From positions 107,882,001 to 107,946,000 of the forward strand of contig NC_086108.1 in assembly GCF_963921235.1 (NCBI RefSeq): DNA of 64,000 bases, given 5' to 3'. The notes under the pieces are model-generated. The model saw only the letters and a list, made by a program, of their open reading frames with translations. It was not told where the DNA came from and did no database searches. This stretch comes from Mobula hypostoma. Lineage: Eukaryota. A program made the position numbers and the translations under genes. Of the stretch, positions 25,661-35,330 are shown one piece after another. How positions within the stretch are numbered: the stretch's first letter is position 1; each line of letters opens with the position of its first letter.

Positions 25661-26712
25661 CCACAGATACGTCATCCTCTGGTTAAAGAAATCCCTCCTC
25701 ATCTCTGAGTTTTCCTAAATCCTATTGTATTTCTTTGTTTTCCTGTAAAAGCCTCCAAGAAAATGAATCTCAATGTAGAAGATGGTAACACATATGTACT
25801 TAAACAATAGATTTGCTTTGAACTGTAAGTTCCGGCTAGAGTCAGCCTCACCTTGTACTGAGCCTGTGAAAGCCTTGATTGACACAATATGGGACAACAT
25901 CAGTATAGTGCTTCTCAATTAAGCCACAGTGGGAGGGTGGCTTTAGCCGTTGTGAGAGTGGCATTTCAACTGTGCTCGGGTTAAACTTTCAGACTGAACC
26001 CTTCTAATCCTGGGATCCTGGCTTGAAGCCAATATAAATCCATATCATGCCTCAAAACAGCTGTCCCATTGGTTCTACTGGTGTAAACCACCCCCGTCTG
26101 GGTCCTGGAATGGTCAATGATCTAATTGTGAATTTGTAGCATAATGCGTCGTGCTGTAGCTTGTTCAGTTAAGTGTGGCCCTGTTGTGGTGTAACACGTA
26201 ATGAATTATCCCTGAAATGCGCTGACTTCTCTTTTAATACAGGCCACGGGGTTGCACATTCTAACCAGGAAGAGGCCCAATTATAAAGGCAGTGGTCATT
26301 AAAATGCAGTTGTTAGGCTCAGTTAGTTAAAATCATACCTCCGGGACACCTGGTCATGGACGCAAGTTCAGTTTCTGTAGCTGAGTGTGTAATCACCCCT
26401 CACACTTTGTATTTCCTCTCTTGGGAATGAAGTTTGTTCTTTGCCATTAGTTAGGAACTTGCATGTCTGATGCATTCTGGGTCACCTCAGTTGGGTTCCA
26501 CTTAGCGTACCCACAGAAATTCAACAGTTTAATTGCAGACAGAAGGACTCAGTTCCCCAGCACAACTGGGCAACAGAACGGTGTGCCTGATCCTGCAATG
26601 TGTTAAGTTTTTTTATTAGTGCAATCTCTTGAGCCGAGTATGATATACTCCTAACAGCTTGTCCGTTGGTAGGTTCCCAGGTGGTTGTAGAGGCCGATCC
26701 GGGATCCACGTA

Positions 26713-27297
26713 CACTCAATGGTCACATTATTGCGTTCCTCCTGTACTTAAGAAAGTAGCTACTGAGTGTGTGTGTGTGTGTGAGTGTGTGTGTGTGTGT
26801 GTGTGTGGATTTCTGCTGCTGTAGCCCATCCGCTTCAAGTTTTGATGCGTTGTGCATTCAGAGATGCTCTTTCACACACCACTGTTGTAATGCGTAATTA
26901 TTTAAGTTACTGTTGCCTTTCTGTCAGCTTGAACCAGTCCTCTGACCTCTCTCAATAACAAGGTAATGTCACCCACAGAACTGCCACTCATTGCTATTTT
27001 TCTTTGTTTCATTGGGGTTTTTTTCCTACTATTCTCTGTAAACTCTAGAGGCTGTTGTGCATGAAAATCCCAGGAGATACTCAAGCTGCCTTGTGTGGCA
27101 CCAATAAGTATTCCACAGTCAAAGTTACTTAGGTCACATTTCTTCCCCGTGCTGATGTTTGGTCGGAAAAACAACTGGGCCTCTTGCCCATGTTAATATG
27201 CTTTTATGAATTGAGTTCCTATCGCATGATTGGCTGATTAAATATTTGCCTTAATGAGTAGGTGTGTAGGTGTACCTACCAAAGTGGCTACTGACTA
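26713..27297 (-). mobile_element. Tc1-like non-autonomous DNA transposon
   Basis: TA-flanked degenerate TIRs cactcaatggtcacattatt / aaagtggctactgacta; GKKCDLSNFDCGILIGATQGSLSIS on the minus strand. Confidence 0.75.
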
Positions 27298-27494
27298 TAT
27301 TCTGGTGCATTGTGAATGAGAACGTGTGACTGTGGTTAGTGTCTGGATCTTTTGGTTGTTTAGTCTCTCCTTTCACAGTTGCTGCTTGTTCTCTGTGACA
27401 CAGTGGAGGTCATTCTCATGTAGTACAGCTCTCTCTTGAATGGATCTCCTCCAGATGTATCTATTGAGTGCAGTGTCTTCCCAGATTTTAGATG

Positions 27495-28160
27495 TAAAAT
27501 CACCTGGTCCAGGAACACCACTGGGATTGTGAAACGGGCCCAGCAGAGATTGCACTTTCTGAGGAAGCTTAAACAAGCATCACTCCCCACTAACATCTTA
27601 ACTACATTCTGCAGAGGCGTGGTTGAGAGTGTGCTGACCTTTTGCCTCACAACCTGGTACTCCAGCTGCAGTGCTGTCGACAAAAAAGCCTTGCAGAGGG
27701 TGGTTAGGGGAGCAGAGAAGGTTATTGGGGTCTCCCTACCTTCTGTCTAAGACCTCTTTCTGAGTCGATGCCTCCAGAAGACACGGTACATTATTAAAGA
27801 CCCCTCACACCCTCTCCATGAACTGTTTGTTCTTCTGCCATCAGGCAAACGTTACAGGAGCATCAAAACTAAAACCACAAGGCTACTAAACAGCTTCCTC
27901 CCACAGGCAGTCAGACTGCTAAATAGCTGCTCCACCTGACTGCTTTGGACACTTTTAACTTGCACTGGACACTTAACAACTGATTTTAACTGATGTGTGG
28001 CTGGTGTGTTTTACTATTTATTGTTATGTTTACTATTTAGTGTTGCGTTTGTTATGTTATGATTGCACTGCCCCTGAGAAACGCTGTCTCATTCTGCCCT
28101 GCAGAGCTGATGTATGGTTAGAATGACAGTAAAATTTTTTGAATCTTGAATCTTTGAATC
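27495..28160 (+). mobile_element. Rex1/Babar-type LINE 3' fragment
   Basis: ITWSRNTTGIVKRAQQRLHFLRKLKQ...VESVLTFCLTTWYSSCSAVDKKALQRVVRGAEKVIGVSLPS; ends in a (ttgaatc)n tail. Confidence 0.85.
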
Positions 28161-28384
28161 TAATGGTGAAATTCTTTGGGATGATTTTGATGATATATTT
28201 GAAGCATCTCCTTTGCCCACCAGAGCTGACCTTGTTCCAACCGGAAGTAAAGGATCCTCTTGTGGAGAGGTGAGTTAAGCATCCAGGTGACATGATTTAT
28301 CCATCAGAGTTTGTTTTGCTTCGTCATGGTGGAAATGCTGTTCATGTCGGCCTCCTCCAGTGCGCTGGTGTTAGTGTGTCTGAG

Positions 28385-29340
28385 CTTCCAGCTGATTATG
28401 CTGAGCACTGACGGGCCCCAGGGTTGTGTGCTCAGCCCACTGCTGATACATGACCCTGTCACAGGACTCAGTTCAAACCGTGTTGTCAGGGTTGTGGATG
28501 ACACATAACAGCCTTATCAACAACGATGACGAATTGGAGCACAGAGAGGAAGTGGAGCGGCTGATGGACTGATGTGAGAAGAAAACCCTATTTCTGAATG
28601 TGGAGAAGACCAAGAAAATGATTGTGTGCTTTAGGAAGGTGCAGATGAGCCATACTCCTCCGTACATACATGGCTCATCCATAGAGAGAGTTAAGTGCAC
28701 CAGCTTCCTGGGAGCTCATATCACCTGGTCCCTCAATATTACCTCCCTGAAAGTGCCTTCACTTCCTATGTAGATTTAGACAAGAGAGGCTCCTTCTCCA
28801 CCCCCTCCCACCTTAACTGTGTTTTATAGGAGCACCATTGAGAGTGTCCTGACAAGTTGCGTCTCCCTCTGGTGTGAGAGCAGCCAAGCAGCAGACTGGA
28901 AGTCTCAACAAAGGACTGTGAGAATGGCTGAGAGAATCATAGGGGTCTCCCTACCATACACTGGGATCACTTATCAGGGGTACTGTGTACACAGGGCCCT
29001 TAGCGTTATCAAGGATCCCACCCATCCACCCAGCATCCTCTTTTTCTATCACCAGGCAGGAGACTCCTGCATAAAAACAAGAACAGTCAGGGTGGGAAAC
29101 AGTTTCTTCCCTGCTGCATCATAGTCAAAGTGTCACCGGTTAATCTGTCCTGTCCTCTACAATATTTAACTTATTCACTTTATTTATGTGTAACTAATTT
29201 GTAGATGTTATTCTTGCTTTCCGAAGTTATTGTGTGATTTGTGTACTACTGTGCTTTACACCTTGATCCAAAGAAGCATTGGCTCGTTTGACGGTATACA
29301 TATGTATAGTGAAACAACAATAAGTCTGGCTTGACTTTAT
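28385..29340 (+). mobile_element. Rex1/Babar-type LINE, decayed RT region to 3' end
   Basis: LSTDGPQGCVLSPLL...VVRVVDDT (RT motifs), LNVEKTKKMIV, FYRSTIESVLTSCVSLW; multiple stops and frameshifts. Confidence 0.85.
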
Positions 29341-31120
29341 CATTTGTGTACGGCCTCTCCTGTGCCTAGTGTTAATTAATGGACATACAGTCAGTCCTGG
29401 TATATAAGCTATTTTATGTATTTATATTTATTGTGTTTTTAATCATTGTTTTCTTTATTGTGTTTTTTTTAATGATACATTGGAGCCAGAGTAACAATTA
29501 TTTTGTTCCCCTGTGTACTTATGTGCTGGAAATGACGGTCAGCAAGCATGAGAGATGGATTTTGAATTGTGTGTGTGTTGCTCAAGATTTCCAGAATCTG
29601 CGGAATCTCTTGTGTTTATGAAACTTATCACAGCTCCTTTGCTGCTGTTCTGTCCACATCTGGTAACAATACCAAAACACCATGACAGAACTTTCACCCA
29701 AATGTCTGCACCATTCCAGATGTTCATTCACCACCACTTCATAAAGGGCAATTGTTTTTATTTCGAGATACAATCTCTGAAGAGTATTGGTAATGGCTGG
29801 GGTCACCTGCCTTGTAAAAACAGTGCCCAGAAAAAGGCAGTGGCAAACCACTTACATAGAAAAATTTGCTAAGAACAATCATGGTCAAGACCATAATCAC
29901 CCATGTCATACGACATGCTGCAAAATGCCTGAATGAATGAAAGAATTAACCTACTGACCAGTAATTGGTACACCTTTGGATTGTGGGAGGGAACTGGAGC
30001 ACCTGCAGAAAACCCAGGCACAAACAGGAAGGAATGTATAGACATGCTTACAGAACATGCTGGAACTGAACTCCAAACTCCTATGCCCCAAGCTGTAATA
30101 GCATCCCGCTAACCGCTACATTACTGTAGTACCCGTGTCATAGAGCTGAACAGCTTGTCTCAAACTCATCTATGCCAACCACGATATCTGTCTGAACTAG
30201 GCCTACTTGACTGCATTTGGTCCATATCCCTCTTGGCCTTTTCTACCCATGTACCTGTCCAACTGCTGTTTAGACTTTGTAATTGTACCTGCCTCCCCGG
30301 CTTTTCCCTGGCAGCGTGTTTCATGTACACACAGCTCTGCATGATTAAAGTTGCCCCTCACGTCCCTTCCAAATTTTTGCCCTATCACCTTTACCCAACA
30401 CCTTTTAATTTTAGACTCCCTTCCCCTCAGGAAAAGTCAACTCTTCTCCTCTCCTGACTTCATAAATGGCATGGTTAGCACATCGTTTTACAATGCAAGT
30501 GACCTGGGTTCATTTCCCACCACTACATGTAAGGAGTTTTGTACATTCTCCCATGATCACTTGGGTTTCCCCTGGGTGCTCCAGTTTCTTCCCACAGTCC
30601 AAAGGTGTACTGGTTGGTAGGTTAATTGGTCATAGTAATTAGGCTAGGATTAAATCGGAGAATTGCTGAACAATGTGACTCAGGGCCAGAAGGCTCTAAT
30701 TCTGCACAGTAACTCAATAAGTCGAACTAAATACATAAGGTCACTGTTCAGTCTCTTGCTTCAAGGATGAAAGTTTCAGCCTGTCCACCCTTAAGGCCTC
30801 CAGTCCCGGTAACATCCTTGTGAATCTTTCCTGTACCCTATCCTTTCTGAAGCTGGGTGACCAGAACCGTACACAATACTGTAAGCAAGTGTGGCCTACA
30901 AAGTTCAAAATAAGTTTATTATCAATGTATGTCTAAGTCACCATAACCTACACTGAGATTCAGTTCCGTGCAGACACTCACAGTAGAACAAAGAATTACG
31001 ATAGATAGGATCAATGAAAAACTACACATAAAGACTGACAAACAGCCAATGTGCAAAAGAAGACAAACCATGTTCAAAGTTCAAACTAAATTTATTATCA
31101 AAATAGATATATGTGACCAT

Positions 31121-31302
31121 GTAGCACACACAAAATGTTGGAGGAACTCAGCAGGCCAGGCAGCATCTATGGAAAAGAGTAGACAGTTGATGTTTCAGGC
31201 CAAAACCCTTCATCAGGACTGGAGAAAACGATGAGAAGTCAGAGGGGAGGAAGAAGTAGCGGGCCTTGGTGAGCACATGGTCGAAGAGTCAGAGGGCAGC
31301 AA
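31121..31302 (-). mobile_element. Penelope-derived short element with hammerhead motif and exact 14-bp TSD
   Basis: Minus strand cagtc-CTGATGA-agggttttggcct-GAAAC-atc-aactg (31184-31221); TSD atatatgtgaccat at 31107-31120 and 31303-31316. Confidence 0.82.
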
Positions 31303-32707
31303 ATATATGTGACCATATACAACCTGAGATTCATTTTCTTGTGGGCATACTCAATAAATTCATAATAGAATAATAACCATGATAGAATCAACTTGGGCAT
31401 TCAACCAGTGTGCAAAAGACAACAAACTTTGCAATGCCAAATAAATAACGAAGAAATATCAAGAATATAAGACAAAGGGTCCTTGAAAGTTAGTCCATCG
31501 GTTGTGAGAACATTTCAGTGATGGGACAAGTGAAACTGAGTGGTTAGCCCCTTTGGTTCAAGAGCCTGATGGTTGAATGACAAACAAACAAATAAATAAA
31601 TAAATGTTTTAATTAATAGGTAAATAAAATTCAGAACATGAGTTGAAGAGGCCTTGAAAGTTGCTGGATCAGTTCATTACTGTGGTGAGTGAAGTTATCC
31701 ATGCTGACCTTAATATTTACATCTGTGTATAACTGTATCTGTGAACAGTTGTACCATGATGTCCCAACTCTTGTATTCGAAACCCTGACCAGTGAAGGCA
31801 AACATGCCCAATACCCTCTACTTCACCCTTGTCTTGTACTCAAAACCCTGACCAGTGAAGGGAAGTGTGCTAAATAGCCTCTATGTCCCCCTGTGTACCC
31901 ATATACTTTCAGAAAACTATATACCTGTAGCCCTCAGTCTCTCTGTTCTGCAGTTAGACTGGTCTTGCCGGGTAATGCCAAGATCCCAAAAGACGAATAA
32001 ATGTTTTAAAAATTAACATTTTAAAATAAGGTATCCATCCTTTGCTTTGTCTGATATAGCCACCAGAAATCAAAATATATATGTCACCTAATACTAGTCT
32101 GAGATTCATTTTCTTGCTGGCATTCACAGTAAGTACAATGAAACACAATAAAATCAATAAAAAACTACACACAAAGACTGACAACCACTGTGCAAAGACA
32201 AAAAACTGTGCAATTACAAAAAAGTATAAAACAAAAACAATAATATTAAATAAATAAACAATAAATATTGAGAACATGAAATTGTAGGGTCCCTGAAAGT
32301 GTGTCTATAGGTTGTGGGAGCAGTTCAGTGTTGGGGTGAGTGAAGTTGAGTGACAACTCTGAAATGATAACGCCAAATTTAAAGTTGCTGACTGATGGTT
32401 GAGGGAGGTTTTTGTGTCGGATAAATGGGTTCTATAAAGTCCATTCAAACAAACAGAACAGCCTTGAGTTTATCAGCTGCTGAGTGGGAGGGATTCAGGA
32501 GCAGTGAGTTACTGCAATACAGTCAGTCATGAAATATATAGCCAGCCTTGGAGACGATGATATGATGCAAACTTCTTATCCTTATCTGTGTCCTCTGTTT
32601 GCAGATGTGGATTTGTATAGAATGCTTCCCAGAGCCACTGTGGTGCTCCTAATGCTGTTGGTTTCAAACTGGCATTTGGGGGCTCCACAGTAGCGTAGCG
32701 GTTAGCG

Positions 32708-33009
32708 CAACTCTGTTACCGCCCAGGGCATCAGAGTTCAGAGTTCAATTCCGCTGTCCTCTGTAAGAGAGTTTTCTCCGAATGCAAACAACAGGAATTC
32801 TGCAGATGCTGGAAATTCAAGCAACACACATCAAAGTTGCTGGTGAACGCAGCAGGCCAACTCTGTTACCGCCCAGGGCATCAGAGTTCAGAGTTCAATT
32901 CCGCTGTCCTCTGTAAGAGAGTTTTCTCCGAATGCAAACAACAGGAATTCTGCAGATGCTGGAAATTCAAGCAACACACATCAAAGTTGCTGGTGAACGC
33001 AGCAGGCCA
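32708..33009. repeat. Exact tandem duplication with a 150-bp period
   Basis: 32708-32859 is identical to 32858-33009 and spans a SINE/Penelope insertion junction. Confidence 0.92.
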
Positions 33010-33140
33010 GGCAGCATCTATAGGAAGAGGCGCAGTCGACGTTTCAGGCCGAGACCCTTCGTCAGGACTCGTCGACTGCGCCTCTTCCTATAGATGCTGC
33101 CTGGCCTGCTGCGTTCACCAGCAACTTTGATGTGTGTTGC
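32936..33140. mobile_element. Young Penelope-derived palindromic element with perfect 71-bp arms and 13-bp TSD
   Basis: 32971-33041 is the exact reverse complement of 33070-33140; TSD tttctccgaatgc at 32923-32935 and 33141-33153. Confidence 0.9.
33034..33069 (-). ncRNA. Minimal type I hammerhead ribozyme (best preserved copy)
   Basis: Minus strand AGUC-CUGACGA-AGGGUCUCGGCCU-GAAA-C-GUC-GACU: helix I AGUC/GACU, core CUGANGA and GAAA, short helix II, vestigial helix III, GUC cleavage triplet. Confidence 0.8.
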
Positions 33141-33346
33141 TTTCTCCGAATGCTCTGGCTTCCTCCCGCAATCTAAAGGTGTACCAATCAGTAGGTTAGT
33201 TGGGTATTATAAATTGTCCTGTAATGAGACCACGGTTAAAGTGGTGGTTCGGTAGGCTAGAAGGGCCTGTTCCAACTGTATCTCTAAATAAATTACAAAA
33301 AGAAAGTGACGCAGGCAAGCTGGACAATAGCACTTTTCCCCAGGGT

Positions 33347-34084
33347 TCTTCTCCTTCTTTAGGCCATCGACAGCAGCAGGCCAGAGTCCACTGTCCTGGG
33401 CCTGTCCTTCAAACTGTCCCAGGCATAGCACATCTTCAAAGATCCTTCCTGTTCTAGGGACAAGGACGCCGGGGCTTCTGTTGCTGCCTCTGCAGCTGTG
33501 AGCTGTCACGGGATGGGGTTGGTAACCCCATACCCAGACATCCCACCCTACAAAAACTCATTTCAGGGAGGTAGCACCATCAATTTACGGAAGACTCCCG
33601 GAATTTGCGGGACAGGTGGGATGTCTGCAATAGAGTAGCTCCTTAGCAGCTGGCTAGCTAGTTTAAATACCGTTAGCTATGAATGACACCTGTTAATCTC
33701 ACCTCAACATGTCTTTTACAGTCTTAACCCACCATGGGCAATAGAAAAGTCACTATTGCAAACAGTGCAGTGAGCAACACTGTCATTATTTTTGACCCCT
33801 ATTAGGCAGGGGTACACTTTAGTGTCGTCTGGGGTGACATACATTTTATATTTTTTTGGAACACTCTGCCATGGTGCGCTGTCGCTTTCTCTCGCGCTCT
33901 CTCTTGCTTTCTCTCGCTCGCTCTCAAAAAAGTTGATTTCCGTGATATTGTGTATAATTTGCGGGCATCAGGGAGCCACTATTCATAGGCATGAGACTCC
34001 CGGAACTTCCGGGAGAGGTAGGATGTCTGCATACCCAACCCACTTCCTTTCACAGTGAGGCTTGGGCCTATCCATGGCAGAGTA
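33347..34084 (-). mobile_element. RTE-type short element with (AAG)n-like tail and 13-bp TSD, interrupted by the 6-bp-TSD MITE
   Basis: TSD ttttccccagggt at 33334-33346 and 34085-34097; with the MITE removed the minus strand reads gggttgggtatggggttaccaaccccatcccgtgac, an RTE 5' UTR-like motif; related copy at 42611-42767. Confidence 0.6.
33535..34029. mobile_element. MITE copy 2, 6-bp TSD CATACC
   Basis: Ends cagacatcccacc / ggtaggatgtctg; catacc at 33529-33534 and 34030-34035; reverse-complement homologue of 8446-8957. Confidence 0.9.
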
Positions 34085-34569
34085 TTTTCCCCAGGGTAGG
34101 GGACATTAGCTAGGGGGCATCTAGTTAGGGTGAGAGGGAAATGATTTAAAGGGGACCTGAGGGGTATCTTTCCCATAAGACTATAATACATAGAAGTAAA
34201 GTAACCTTATTCGGCCCATTGCGTCTACTCCGCCATTCAATCATGGCGCACTGAGATTGGTGAGGTACGTAGAAGGAGCTGCCAGAGGAAGTGGTTGAGG
34301 CAGGTACAACAGCGGCTTTGAACTTTGAACTTTGCAGACAACGGGACATGGATAGCAAAGGCTTAGAAGGTCAAAAGCAGACAACTGGGATGAGGTTGGA
34401 TTGGCAGCTTGGTCTTATGGACAAGGACTGGTTGGGCCGATGGGCCTGTTTCCTTGCTGTATTGCTCTGTTTTCTTGTAACAGAATGTCTTTTTGGCAAA
34501 CACAATGATGCAATACCACAAACATAAACACAAAACAGTGACTAACGCAATTATCAGACAAATCAAAAT

Positions 34570-35330
34570 AAACTAAAATGTTCCTACCTCTATTGGTGAT
34601 GTGCTTATCCACCGTGGAGCCCTTCAGTCCCGGGATGCCACTTTGGTTGCCATGGGCAACATGTGCTCCCTCTCGGTGGTTACGTACCCGCTAATCACAG
34701 GAACAGCTTCTTTCCAACTGTGATAAGACTGCTGAACAGATCCTGACCCGGATCTGGGCCGTACCCTCCAAATATCCGGACCTGCCTCTCGGTTTTTTTG
34801 CACTACCTTCCTTCCCATTTTTCTATTTTCTATTTATGATTTATAATTTAAGTTTTTAATATTTACTAATTTTAACTTTTTAATATTTAATATTTGTAAT
34901 CCAGGGAGTGGGAAGCGCAGAATCAAATATCGCTGTGATGATTGTACATTCTAGTACCAATTGTTTGGCGACAATAAAGTATAAAGTATCACTGCCAGGC
35001 AGTGCCTCTACCACCCGCTTCCAGAACCCACGGATAGCTGTTTGAGCTAGCCCCAGGAGCAAGTTCCCAAGGACAGCACCATCTCTCCTTATATAAATAG
35101 GGTGTGGCTAAAATGCAGCCAAAAAGCAAGGAGCAGCCTTTGCAGATATGCAAAAGGGAGCTACAGCCTCGTACACTCCATGTACATGTGATACACAGTC
35201 TCCTCCAGCCCACAAAAGCGATATGCAGCTGGAAGATCTGTGTACAAACTAAGAAACGTATTACAGGCCATCGCTCTATGCAACAGCTTCCACCCCAGGT
35301 CCCCAAGGTGTATGGGAACAACTTCCGTGT
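34570..35330 (-). mobile_element. Tx1-clade (L1 group) LINE 3' fragment, interrupted by a Rex1 tail
   Basis: Minus strand reads FCGLEETVYHMYMECTRL...FWLHFSHTLFI...LGNLLLGLAQTAIRGFWKRVVE across frameshifts, a CCHC-adjacent C-terminus of Tx1 type. Confidence 0.65.
34699..34987 (+). mobile_element. Young, heavily 5'-truncated Rex1/Babar copy, 5-bp TSD ATCAC
   Basis: Near-identical to 39541-39847; (taaagta) tail; atcac at 34694-34698 and 34988-34992. Confidence 0.85.

Larger units (their letters stand above)
32680..33295 (+). mobile_element. tRNA-derived V-SINE (HE1-like), interrupted; one of many copies in the window (e.g. 8320-9000, 30465-30725, 47600-47830, 58850-59030, 59505-59770; minus strand 9275-9550, 49115-49335, 55715-56010)
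   Basis: Head gtagcgtagcggttagcgc...gagttcaattcc; V-domain-like tgctc(c/t)ggtttcctcccacagtccaaag; tail tgtatctctaaataaat. Confidence 0.75.

Noticed and set aside
31768..31875. Short imperfect direct duplication (tcttgta.tc.aaaccctgaccagtgaagg twice)
   Set aside because: A local duplication within what looks like an old CR1 remnant; nothing suggests function.
32605..32680. Acceptor-like ctctgtttgcag| followed by a short open frame (DVDLYRMLPRATVVLLMLLVSNWHLG)
   Set aside because: No convincing donor before it runs into a SINE, and no recognisable homology.
32708..33140. Repeat-spacer-like appearance suggesting a CRISPR array
   Set aside because: It is one tandem duplication plus an inverted repeat; there are no regularly spaced short repeats with unique spacers and no cas genes.
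34646..34660. Strong X-box-like palindrome GTTGCCATGGGCAAC
   Set aside because: It lies inside a decayed Tx1 coding remnant with no promoter context; probably coincidental.
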